A DNA stretch of 50,012 nucleotides. Source: an uncultured Clostridia bacterium (GTDB lineage: Bacteria > Bacillota > Clostridia > TANB77 > CAG-508). The notes beneath the pieces were generated by a model. It worked only from the letters and a program-made list of their open reading frames with translations. It was not told where the DNA came from and searched no databases. Position 1 is the stretch's first letter. Every line of letters begins with the position of its first letter. This document shows, one piece after another, positions 37,789-48,209 of the stretch. The position numbers and the translations under genes are program-made. Location: the NCBI GenBank assembly GCA_947584805.1, contig CANPWU010000006.1, positions 1 to 50,012 of the forward strand. The letters run 5' to 3'.

Positions 37789-37863
37789 TTATAGGTTGAC
37801 AAGACAAAAAATATATAGTAATATATGTATGCCTTTCTCCAAAGGTAGAAAGGAGGATACATA

Positions 37864-37932
37864 ATGCAAAACATAATTAAATTGCTTAAACTTTATCTAA
37901 TTTACTTAATTGTAAAGTGTTTAGATGATTAA
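37864..37932 (+). CDS. 22-aa hydrophobic peptide, candidate type I toxin
   Basis: TTGACA promoter at 37796, AAGGAGG RBS, MQNIIKLLKLYLIYLIVKCLDD*. Confidence 0.5.
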   Translation: MQNIIKLLKLYLIYLIVKCLDD

Positions 37933-37938
37933 GCAAAG

Positions 37939-37973
37939 AAAAGACTAGGAATGAGAGTCCTAGTCTTTTTTTG
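37939..37973. terminator. Bidirectional intrinsic terminator
   Basis: AAAAGACTAGGA-ATGAGAG-TCCTAGTCTTTTTTT. Confidence 0.8.
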
Positions 37974-38011
37974 ATACATATGCAAAACATAATATCTTTG
38001 ACGTCAAATAT

Positions 38012-38040
38012 ATTATAGCATCAAATTTATTATATGTCAA
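38012..38040 (-). promoter_or_regulatory. Consensus sigma-A promoter on the minus strand with no downstream ORF (candidate antisense RNA)
   Basis: Reverse strand reads TTGACA-17 nt-TATAAT with a TG extension. Confidence 0.7.
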
Positions 38041-38046
38041 ATTTTT

Positions 38047-38769
38047 TTACTTTATTCCAAGTATCTTTTTAGCTCTTTCTACATCTTCTCCGAGTAGCAG
38101 AACGAACATCTTTTAGTGGATAATCTATTCCAAGATCATCCCATTTAAATTTTCCTAAATCATGATAAGGCAAAATTTCTACTTTTTGAACATTACTTAA
38201 TGTAGATATAAAGTCTTTAAGTTCAATTAAATCTTCTTCGCTATCTGTAATTCCAGGAATTAATACTTGTCTTATCCATATAGGCTTATTTATTTTGTTC
38301 AAATATTTTGCAAATTCTAATTCTAGTTCATTAGAAAAACCGTACGAGTTCCTTACATTTTTTAGGATTAATATGCTTTATATCAAGTAAAAATAGATCT
38401 GTTAAATCTATTAATTCTTTTATACAATCTGTTATTTGAAACATTCCGAGAAGTATCTATTGCAGTGTGAATATCATATTTTTTTAATTCTTTGAATAGT
38501 AAAATTAATTTATATGCTTGAATAAGAGGTTCTCCACCAGATACAGTTACTCCACCATCTGGCATAATATAACTTGTATATCTTAAAATAGTGTTTACCA
38601 ATTCAGAAATCTTAACAGAATGACCACTTCTAAAATCCCAAGTATCCCTATTTTGGCAATACTTACATTTTAAGTGACATCCTGCTAAAAATATAACATA
38701 TCTAATTCCTGGTCCATCAACTGTTCCAAAACTCTCATATGAATGAACTTGTAAAAAATTATCTTCCAT
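38047..38769 (-). CDS. pflA: Pyruvate formate-lyase activating enzyme (CGG +1 sites at 38448, 38342, 38092)
   Basis: GTVDGPGIR, CxxxCxxC (CHLKCKYC), SGGEP, IDTS-G, LLDIKH, ILPYH. Confidence 0.93.
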
Positions 38770-38789
38770 AAAATCACCTAATATATAAT

Positions 38790-41029
38790 TTATATTTTTT
38801 CATGAATAGTTCTATTTATTACGTCTAATTGTTGCTCACGAGTAAGTTTTACAAAGTTTACGGCATACCCAGAAACTCTTATTGTAAGCTGTGGATAATT
38901 TTCTGGATGCTCCATTGCATCAACAAGTAAAGCTCTATCAAATACATTTACATTAATATGATGTGCTTCTTGTTTAAAGTAGCCATCAAGCATTCCAATT
39001 AAGTTATTTATTCTTGAAACTTCATCTTTTCCGAGTGCTTTTGGAGTTATTGAGAAAGTGTATGATATACCGGTCTTCTGCAAATTCATATGGGAGCTTA
39101 GCAATAGTATTCATAACTGCAAGAGCACCATTTATATCTCTTCCATGAAGAGGATTTGCACCAGGTCCAAAAGGTTCACCGTCTTTTCTTCCGGTCAGGT
39201 GTATTTCCAGTCGCTTTACCATAAACAACATTTGAAGTAATAGTAAGAACAGATAATGTAGGCTTAGAGCTTTTGTAAGTTTGATGCTTTTGAAGCTTTC
39301 TTATAAATGTTCTTATAATATTTACTGCTATTTGATCAACTCTATCATCATCATTTCCGTATTTTGGAAAATCACCTTCTACTTCATAATCTGTTGCAAG
39401 ACCAGTTTCATCTCTAATTACTTTAACTTTTGCATACTTTATTGCAGAAAGTGAATCACAAACAACAGAAAGACCTGCTATACCACATGCCATAGTTCTT
39501 AAAACGTCTCTATCATGAAGTGCCATTTCATATGCTTCATAAGAATATTTATCATGCATATAGTGAATTCCATTTAATGCTTTAATATATATTTTTGCTA
39601 CATAATCCATCATTGTATTAAATTTTTCCATTACTTCGTCATAGTCTAAATACTCAGAAGTAATAGGGGCAAATTTTGGAGTTACTTGTTTTCCTGTTTT
39701 TTCATCTCTACCACCATTAATAGCATAAAGTAAAGTTTTAGCAAGGTTTGCACGAGCCCCAAAGAATTGCATTTGTTTACCAATACGCATTGCAGAAACA
39801 CAGCAAGCGATTCCATAATCATCTCCCCAGAATCTTCTCATTAAGTCATCATTTTCATATTGAATAGAAGAGGTTTTAATAGAAAGAGAAGTTGTATATT
39901 CTTTAAATCCTCTTGGAAGTCTTGTAGACCATAGAACAGTTAAGTTTGGCTCTGGAGCAGGACCTAAATTTTCTAGAGTGTGTAATATTCTAAATGAATT
40001 TTTAGTAACCAAAGTTCTACCATCAATACCCATACCGCCAATACTTTCAGTTACCCACACAGGGTCACCACTAAATAATTCATTGTATTCAGGAGTCCTT
40101 AAAAATCTAACCATTCTAAGCTTCATAACAAAATGGTCAATAATCTCCTGAACTTGTTCTTCTGTAAGAGTACCATTTTTCAAATCTCTTTCAAAATATA
40201 TATCTAAGAAAGTTGACGTTCTACCAATACTCATTGCTGCACCATTTTGATCTTTAATTGCACCTAGGTATCCAAAATATAACCATTGTACGGCTTCTTT
40301 AGCATTTTTTGCAGGCTTTGATATATCAAAACCATATTTTGAAGCCATAACTTTTAATGATTCTAGAGCCTTAATTTGTTCTGCAAATTCTTCTCTTTCT
40401 CTTATTATTTCTTCTGTAAAACAGTCTCTATCAAGCAGATCTAAGTAGTCTCTTCTGTCCTGAATTAAGTTATCAACACCATAAAGAGCAATTCTTCTAT
40501 AGTCACCAATAATTCTACCACGACCATATCCATCTGGAAGACCAGTTAAAAGGTGAGAACTTCTAGCTGCTCTAATATCAGGTGTATATATATCAAATAC
40601 TCCATCATTATGAGTTTTTCTAATGCCATGAAAAATCTTTGCTGTGTCTGGATCTATTTGTTTACCACATGCTTCACATGATTTTTCAACAATTCTAATT
40701 CCGCCAAAAGGCATGATGGCTCTTTTTAGTGGACTATCAGTTTGCAGACCAACAATTTCTTCTAAATCTTTATCAATATATCCTGCTTCATGTGCTGAAA
40801 TTGTAGATATAGTTTTTGTATCAACATCTAAAACGCCACCTTCAGATTTCTTTTCTTTTTCATATAAGTCTAGAACTTCGTTCCATAGTTTCTTTGTCTT
40901 TTCGGTTGTCCCGACTAAAAAAGACGAATCTCCTTCATATGGAGTATAGTTTGTTTGAATAAAACTTCTGACATCAATTTCTTTTTGCCATTTTCCAGTT
41001 TTAAAGCCATTCCATTCTTCAAAATTCAT
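38790..41029 (-). CDS. pflB: Formate C-acetyltransferase (CGG +1 sites at 39193 and 39072)
   Basis: IACCVS active site; [13 protein letters not shown]; AED-G-ISYTF; C-terminal glycyl-radical motif IRVSGYAV is reached only after both shifts. Confidence 0.95.
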
Positions 41030-41205
41030 AAAATCCTCCAAACTTAAGAGTAACTGATTACTCTTATTTCAAATTATTTAAATTTTTCTTTTTAAATTAT
41101 TATGTACAGAAAACTTAAAAATATCAAGATTTAAATAAAAACTATTGTAAAAAAAACTAAAACATTGTAAAATAATAAAGGAAAAAGGAGGAAATTTTTT
41201 TAATT

Positions 41206-41760
41206 ATGTTTTTAATTGTTGGACTTGGAAATCCAGAAGATAAATATTCAAATACAAGGCATAATGTTGGATTTGATGTTATAAATGAAGTTGCAAAAAA
41301 GAATGAAATTGATATGAATCGTCAAAAGTTTGAAGCAATTTATGGGCAAGGTACTATTGGCGAAGAAAAGGTAATTTTAATAAAACCACAAATGTATATG
41401 AATTTAAGTGGAATTCCTGTAAAAAAATTCAAAGATTTCTTTAAAATAGATGATGATAAAATAATAATAATACATGACGATATTGATGTAGAATTAGGAA
41501 AAATAAAAGTTAGAAAAACAGGTGGAGCAGGAACACATAATGGAATGAAATCAATTGTAGAGAATCTTGGTAATCGTAATTTTTATAGAATAAAAGTGCG
41601 GTGTTCGGAAAACCAGAAGACGATATGGATTTAGCAGAGTTTATACTAAGCAAAATAGAAAATAGGGAATTAATAGATGAGGGAATATTTGATGCAGTTA
41701 GTGCAGTAGAAGAAACAATAAAAAATCGGAATTGATTCAGCAATGAATAAATACAATTAA
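41206..41760 (+). CDS. pth: Peptidyl-tRNA hydrolase (CGG +1 sites at 41599, 41606, 41727)
   Basis: LIVGLGNP, TRHNVGF, KPQMYMNLSG, HDDID, GTHNGMKS; RIKV-G-V-G-KP; KN-G-IDSAMNKYN*. Confidence 0.93.
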
Positions 41761-41790
41761 GTATTAAGCTTAAAAAGGAGGAAAATTTTT

Positions 41791-42975
41791 TTGAAAGAAA
41801 TATTTATTAATAGAAGAGAAAATGGTTCTGAAATTGCACTTGTAGAAAATGGAAACTTAGTTGAAAAATATGATGATAATGATGAAACAAAAACACTAAC
41901 TGGGAAAATATATTTAGGACAAGTAGAAAATGTACTTCAAGGTATGCAATCAGCATTTATTGATATTGGAGAAGAAAAAAATACATTTATACATTTAAAA
42001 GATTTACTTCCAAAAGTAAATGTAGTAAAAGACAAAGAATTAGAACAAAAATTAAATATAAAAAAACTTGTAAAAAAAGGAGATAAAATCTTAATTCAAG
42101 TAAAAAGAGATGCAACCAATATAAAAGGTGCAAAAGTTTCAACTCATATAAATATTCCAAGTAGATATTTTGTTCTGATGCCAAATACAGATATAAAGAC
42201 TATTTCTCAAAAAATAACAAACAAAGAAGAAATTGATAGGTTAAATAATATATTAGAAAAGATTTTACCTAAAAATTTTGGAGCAATTATAAGAACTTCT
42301 GCAGAAAATAAAACTAAAGAAGAATTAGAAAAAGATTTAACAAGTGTAATTGAATTATGGAAAAAGATAGAAAAAGCTGCTAAAGAAGATAGATGTAAAG
42401 CACCATCTGTTTTATATGAAGGACAAACTTTTATACAAAAATTGTTGATAGATTTGGCAGATTCAGACATTTATAAAATAACCGTAAATGACAAAAAAAT
42501 TTTTGAAGAAGTGAAAAATGAACTTAATGATTTAGGAGAAAACAGTATTGAGCTTGAACTTAAAGAAAATGAAAATATTTTAAAAACTTATGATATAGAG
42601 GAACAGATTCAAAAATCAAAACAAAGAAAAATATGGCTTAAATGTGGAGGATTTATAACAATTGATAAAACAGAAGCTTTAACAGCAATAGATGTAAATT
42701 CCGGAAAGTATATTGGAACTAAAAGTCTAGAACAAACAGTTTTTAAAGTAAATAAAGAAGCAAGCATAGAAATTGCAAAACAATTAAGATTAAGAGATAT
42801 TGGTGGAATAATAATCATAGACTATATTGATATGGAATCAGAAGAACACAAAAAAGAAATAATAGAGATACTTGAAGAAAATTTCAAAAAAGATAGATCA
42901 AAAACTCAAATTGTAGGATTTTCAAAGTTAAATCTTTTAGAAATGACAAGAAAACATATGAAAGGAGGAGAATAG
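41791..42975 (+). CDS. rng: Rne/Rng family ribonuclease
   Basis: S1 domain (GMQSAFIDIG), TEALTAIDVNSGK, LRLRDIGGIIIIDYIDM. Confidence 0.9.
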   Translation: MKEIFINRRENGSEIALVENGNLVEKYDDNDETKTLTGKIYLGQVENVLQGMQSAFIDIGEEKNTFIHLKDLLPKVNVVKDKELEQKLNIKKLVKKGDKILIQVKRDATNIKGAKVSTHINIPSRYFVLMPNTDIKTISQKITNKEEIDRLNNILEKILPKNFGAIIRTSAENKTKEELEKDLTSVIELWKKIEKAAKEDRCKAPSVLYEGQTFIQKLLIDLADSDIYKITVNDKKIFEEVKNELNDLGENSIELELKENENILKTYDIEEQIQKSKQRKIWLKCGGFITIDKTEALTAIDVNSGKYIGTKSLEQTVFKVNKEASIEIAKQLRLRDIGGIIIIDYIDMESEEHKKEIIEILEENFKKDRSKTQIVGFSKLNLLEMTRKHMKGGE

Positions 42976-42978
42976 ATT

Positions 42979-43227
42979 ATGCCTATAGTACCATTTATTG
43001 TTGGAGTTATAATATTATTCGTAATTTTAAAAGTATTATCAATGCCTATGAAGATAATAGTAAAATTTCTTATTAATGCATTAGTTGGAGGAATTGTAAT
43101 TTACGTACTTGATTTATTTGGAGTAGGACTTGCACTTAATTGGATAACATCACTAATTGTAGGATTTTTGGGAGTCCCAGGTGTAATAATAGTTGCAATT
43201 TTGCAATTTGTATTGAAAGTAATTTAA
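42979..43227 (+). CDS. bofA: Pro-sigmaK processing inhibitor BofA family protein
   Basis: P.KIIVKFLINALVG...LALNWITSLIVGFLGVPG pattern. Confidence 0.75.
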   Translation: MPIVPFIVGVIILFVILKVLSMPMKIIVKFLINALVGGIVIYVLDLFGVGLALNWITSLIVGFLGVPGVIIVAILQFVLKVI

Positions 43228-43249
43228 GTAAATGTAAATAAAAATATAG

Positions 43250-43410
43250 AGAAAAAGCAAGAATATTTATTTAAAAGAGCTGCACATCGAAGAGTGACGT
43301 AAGCCACCAACCGTAGCGAAACGAAGGACGAATGGCACAATCTACCATGTCATATTTAATGGAGATTGTGCCAGCAAAGCTCTTGCAAAATAAATATTCT
43401 TGCTTTTTCT
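43250..43410 (+). repeat. Structured palindromic repeat, homologous to 10881-11040
   Basis: Terminal IR AGAAAAAGCAAGAATATTTATTT/AAATAAATATTCTTGCTTTTTCT; core GCCACCAACCG.AGCGAA and GGCACAATC/GATTGTGCC stem. Confidence 0.8.
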
Positions 43411-43420
43411 TATATTAAAT

Positions 43421-43583
43421 TTATATTAATGTCACAATACAAGGCACAATCAAAGAGAATACGGCTAATACAGAAATTACGATTGCAGCAGGTTTATTAG
43501 AATTTTCTTTATATTCAAAGATTGCATAACCGAATGGTCTTATAAAACGTGTATGCACTTAAAATTATAATACTAAATAGCAT
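43421..43583 (-). CDS. Small two-TM protein at the end of the ger operon (CGG +1 site at 43532)
   Basis: AAGGAGG RBS; MLFSIIILSAYTFYKTI-G-YAIFEYKENSNKPAAIVISVLAVFSLIVPCIVTLI*. Confidence 0.65.
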
Positions 43584-43593
43584 ATAAACCTCC

Positions 43594-44819
43594 TTATGAT
43601 ACTAAATAGCTTGACTTAATATTTACGTTACAATTAACTTTAAAGAAAGAATTTTTGTAATTGCCAAGCCAGTTATATTTTTCCCACTCATCCCAAGTCC
43701 AAAAGTATTTTACAGCATATCTACCAAATAAATCTATATCAGAACCAAAATCTTTAGAAGTTTTATATAAATAATTTTCCATTTGAGATTTTAAATATGA
43801 ATTTGCATATTGCTCTATCATTTTTAAATTTTCCTCTTTGAAATAATCTGAATTTTCGTCTACTGATAGAATTCTTGCTGTGAGTTTTACATCACATGTG
43901 ATGTAAGGCGATCCATTAACCAATTTCACACTATTTTTAGTTCTTTCTCCTAAGTTTAAATATAAATCAATTGGCACATCTGAATTAAAAGGACTAGGAA
44001 TAGTTAGAATGCATTCTTCCATATCAGACGTAACTATTAAATGACATAAAGTTTCAATAGAAGAAAGCTCTCCGACTAAAACATCATTTTTAAATACAGC
44101 TAGTCCAACAACATCAATATTTGCAGATGAAGAAGAATTATCTCCCGATGTAGCAGTTGTTTCTCCAGCAATTGTATCTGTATCAACCGCAGAAGCTCCA
44201 GAGTTACTGCTATATTCTGTAATAGAACCTAAAACAGCACATGCTTCTCCAAAAGTATCAGTTAATCTATCAAATACATCAGCTATTGTAATATCAACAG
44301 TGTAACCTGTATATCTGCTTGATGTTGCAATTATTTCATAATATTTTGCAGTAATGCTTTCAATTTCAGATTTTGATTCAGACAGAAACTTTTCTGCTTC
44401 ACAACGTGAAATTATTACATTACAGTCTGGCCTAAATTGAACATTATTCATTAATGTAAAAATAATATCAGAAATTCCGCCTTTCACAGGCTATTTCTTC
44501 TGAAATAACTAAAACTTTGCAATGAGACAAATTAAGCTTTTTACTAACGAAACTATTTGCAAGGCTTATTCCAGATTCTACAGAAGAACTTTCTATAGAA
44601 TCTATAACAGTATCAGGAGATGAAGAAGAATCTGAGTCAGAAGAGTTTTTTGAAGGTATAGAAAGCTGAAAACTTATTTTAAGGTCATTATTTTCTCCGA
44701 ACATCTATGCCCATTGCCACAACATAAGCCATGTCATTTATGTCTTGCTTTGCATAATATCCACTTACTGTAAAGCTTACCAAGATTACTATTACAAGTA
44801 TTATACTAAATTTATTCAA
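43594..44819 (-). CDS. Ger(x)C family spore germination protein (CGG +1 sites at 44699 and 44479)
   Basis: TTG start; DINDMAYVVAMGIDV-G-EN; LNLSHCKVLVISEEIACER-G-I; GLAVFK; SDIDLFG; follows gerA/gerB-type genes. Confidence 0.85.
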
Positions 44820-45922
44820 GTGTAGCTTTTCTCCTTTCTATCTTCTCTTTTTTTCTTTAAGTACGCGTATATCAAAATAAACATTGTTATAAAGAATACA
44901 AAAATTATTGAGCCATATTTATATATTGTTCCATCAAAAAAATTCACATCTGCAATACTTCTAGGTATAATACTTATTACATAAAGAATGGCCCCAAAAC
45001 AATATGCAAGTTCTTTTTCATGTTTAATATTTGCAATTTTTTTAAAACTAGTTAAACTAAAGTGAGTAGTAATTGCTAAGTAATTGAAAATTGACATTAT
45101 CCAAATTAATATAAAAATTGCATCAATTCTTTGTATAAATGTTCCTAAATTTACTCTTCTTGAAAGTATATATATTGATAATGTATTATTTATATTTGTT
45201 ATTGAAGGAATTAGAAAAAGAAGAGCAATAACTCCTAAAATAAGGTATATAAAATATACAATGATTGATATAAGAGTAGCTTTTTTGAAAGTTTTGCCGG
45301 ATCCTATAAAAGGTATTAAAAAGGGAGCAACTATTATACTGCTAAATGCAAAAATATTTCCAAGTCCAGATAAAAATGTATCTGATATACCATAGCCCAA
45401 AACAGGAAGAGCTCTTTCTGGAACGAAATCTGAACCACATGATACAAATATTATTATCATACTGATTAATATTATAGGAATAGTAATTAATGTAACTCTT
45501 GAAATAGCTTTAAAACCTAATAAATTCATTATAACGGTAATTGCAACAAACATTAAAACAACTATTTCTAAATCAATATTTGGAAAATATATTAAAGCAA
45601 GACTTTCTGCAAGTGTTCTTATTACAAAACCAGAAATAGTAAGAAAATATATACAAACAAGAATACCAAATCCGATTTTTAAGAATTTTCCACCAGCATA
45701 TTCGCAAATATCAAGAAGGTCTTTTCCGTCAAAATATGAAAATATTTTGCTTGCAAAGTAAAACAATATCATAGAGATTGCAAAAACATAAACTAAGTTT
45801 AAAATCGTTGCAGATCCAGTTTTCAAAATTAAATGGTTTGGCATGTTTAAAATTATATGTGAAATCATAACTGTTATAATTATTGAAGCGGCATGCAAAA
45901 CTCCAATTTTTGTTTTTTCCAT
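44816..45922 (-). CDS. GerAB/GerKB family spore germination membrane protein
   Basis: About 10 TM helices, ALPVLGYG, FIQRIDAIFILIW. Confidence 0.88.
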   Translation of the reverse strand: MEKTKIGVLHAASIIITVMISHIILNMPNHLILKTGSATILNLVYVFAISMILFYFASKIFSYFDGKDLLDICEYAGGKFLKIGFGILVCIYFLTISGFVIRTLAESLALIYFPNIDLEIVVLMFVAITVIMNLLGFKAISRVTLITIPIILISMIIIFVSCGSDFVPERALPVLGYGISDTFLSGLGNIFAFSSIIVAPFLIPFIGSGKTFKKATLISIIVYFIYLILGVIALLFLIPSITNINNTLSIYILSRRVNLGTFIQRIDAIFILIWIMSIFNYLAITTHFSLTSFKKIANIKHEKELAYCFGAILYVISIIPRSIADVNFFDGTIYKYGSIIFVFFITMFILIYAYLKKKREDRKEKSYT

Positions 45923-45944
45923 TTTTTAAGAAACCTTCCTTTCT

Positions 45945-47625
45945 TTAATATTTCCACTTTCTACTGATTTGATCTTCTTTTAAAGGCTTTTTAGTATGCA
46001 AAAATTCTTTCCTTTCTTCTCTTTTCCAAAGAGGAGGTAGCAGGTAACCTTCTCCATTGTCTTTAGATATTGGAGCATAAGGACTTAAATAAGAAACTCC
46101 AAAAGAATTAACACTTGCAAGTATTGTAATATGTGCTACAAAGCAAAAGGCAATTCCTAAAAAACCTGCAAAATAACCAAAGATTACATAAGCAAATCTA
46201 GCAAGACGAACATGAAAACTAAGTGAAAAGTCTGGAACGGCAAACGCAGTTATTCCAGTTATTGCAACGATGATTACAAGTATTGGACTTACAATATTCG
46301 CTGTAACTGCAGCGTCACCTAGAACTAAAGCTCCGAACTATACCAATTGCTTGCCCAAGTGGTGCAGGAACTCTTACGCCTGATTCTCTAATTAATTCCA
46401 ATGAAATTTCCATTATAAAAATCTCGAAAATAATAGGAAAAGGAACGTTGCTTCTTGATGAGACTATTGCAAAAAGTAATTCAGTTGGAATTAATTCTTG
46501 ATGAAAAGTAGTAATTGCAACATAAAGTCCAGGAAGTAAAAGTGTTATAAAAAGAGCAAGTAGTCTTATTGCTTTTAACATATCTGCAAATTGATATTTT
46601 AAGTTTTTATCTTCAGCAGAAGTTAAAAAGTCTAATAAAACACCAGGAGCAACTAAGGCATATGGAGTTCCATTTACTATAATCCCAACTCTTCCTTCTA
46701 GTAAATATGAAGAAAATCTATCTGGTCTTTCAGTTGATATTAGTTGTGGTACACTAAAACTAGAATCTTCTATTAATTGCTCTAATTGTCCGGAAGATAT
46801 TATATAATCAACGCCAAGATTATTAATTCTGTATTTAATTTCATTTACTAATTTTTCATTTGCAATATCTTTAAGATAGCAGATAGCAATTTTTGTTCTA
46901 CTAATTTTACCAACATCAGCGTCTTCTATTACTAAATTCTCATTGTTTACAAGCCTTCTAACAATTGAAGTATTTGTACGAATTGCTTCAACAAAGCCTT
47001 CTTGTGAACCACGAATTATATTTTCGTTGTCAGGATGAGTAATAGAACGCTTTTCAAAACCTTTTGCATCTATTACAAATGCAGTACTTAAAGTATCAAC
47101 AAAAAGTGCAGAATTTCCTGCATTTACTTTCTGAATCACTTCTGAAAATTTAGTATCTTTTGAAACATCATTTTGAGGAACAAGACATTCCATAAGATAA
47201 GTTGCAAGATCAAACTTTTTAACTCTTCTTACAGTAACATTATTAGTAACAGCAGTTGATATAACATCTGGATCTGATTTATTTAAATTTGATGAGTTTC
47301 TTAACATTAAAGGCTCAATAACAAATTTATTAATTGATTCAGAATCTATCATTCCATCAATGAAAAGCAAGAAAGCAGAGTATTGTTTTCCTTTAATATT
47401 TATATAAAATTCACGAATTTTAATATCACTATTAATTTTAAAGGAATATTTTGATTTAATGTATTCTTTATTTACATCAAGAGATGGAAAAATATTATCA
47501 TTATTTTGATAAGTATTTTTAGTCTCTTGAGATTTATCATCTTTATTTGCTTCTGGTAAAATGAAACTATAATTATTTTGCTCTTTGTAAGATATTAAAT
47601 TAACCAATTTATTAAGAATTTTCAT
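45945..47625 (-). CDS. GerA family spore germination protein (CGG +1 site at 46335)
   Basis: RGSQEGFVE, TERPDR, EGRVGIIVNGTP, FHQELIP, ELIRESGVRVP; AIGIV-G-ALVLGDAAV opens 129 more codons. Confidence 0.92.
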
Positions 47626-47725
47626 AATAAGGTTATTATTTCACAAAAAAATATAAATATGTATAAAAATGTAAATTGAAACAAAAAAATAGCATAAAAA
47701 TATGCTATTAAAATTGATATGTAAA

Positions 47726-47983
47726 TTATCCTAATTTTTCAAATCTATCAATTGCTTCAACATCTTTGAAATACGGAGAATCAAAGAAGTCTTTAAGCTC
47801 TATATTAAAACCTTCACAAATATGGATAATAGAACTAATTGTGGGTTCTTTAACTTTACCACGTTTAAAATCACTTATAATGGAGTTAGAAATTCCTGCA
47901 CGATAAGAAAGTTTATAAACAGATAGATTATTCTGCTCTAATAATTCCTTTATCCTTAAATTAATGGCTTCTGATAATAGCAT
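47726..47983 (-). CDS. Xre/Cro-C1 helix-turn-helix regulator
   Basis: RIKELLEQNNLSVYKLSYRAGISNSIISD...PTISSIIHICEGFNIELKDFF; GGAGG RBS. Confidence 0.88.
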   Translation of the reverse strand: MLLSEAINLRIKELLEQNNLSVYKLSYRAGISNSIISDFKRGKVKEPTISSIIHICEGFNIELKDFFDSPYFKDVEAIDRFEKLG

Positions 47984-48026
47984 TTTCATCCTCCTATAAT
48001 AAGTATAGCAAAATTATTTTAAAACA

Positions 48027-48157
48027 TATTCGGATCATACCGAATAAAAATGCTTTTTATTACATTTCTATTACATTTCCTTTACATTTATATGTAATTT
48101 GTTGACCTAAATAAAAAAATGAATTAAAATAAAATTAGTATTCGGATATTTCCGAAT
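48027..48157. promoter_or_regulatory. Two palindromic operator-like sites, ATTCGG-N6-CCGAAT (48028-48045 and 48140-48157)
   Basis: The same GC-containing inverted repeat occurs twice in the AT-rich divergent intergenic region next to the Xre gene. Confidence 0.65.
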
Positions 48158-48209
48158 GATGATCTTTTTAAATATTCTTTCAAAAGGAAAAAACGAAGGA
48201 GGAAGAGAA

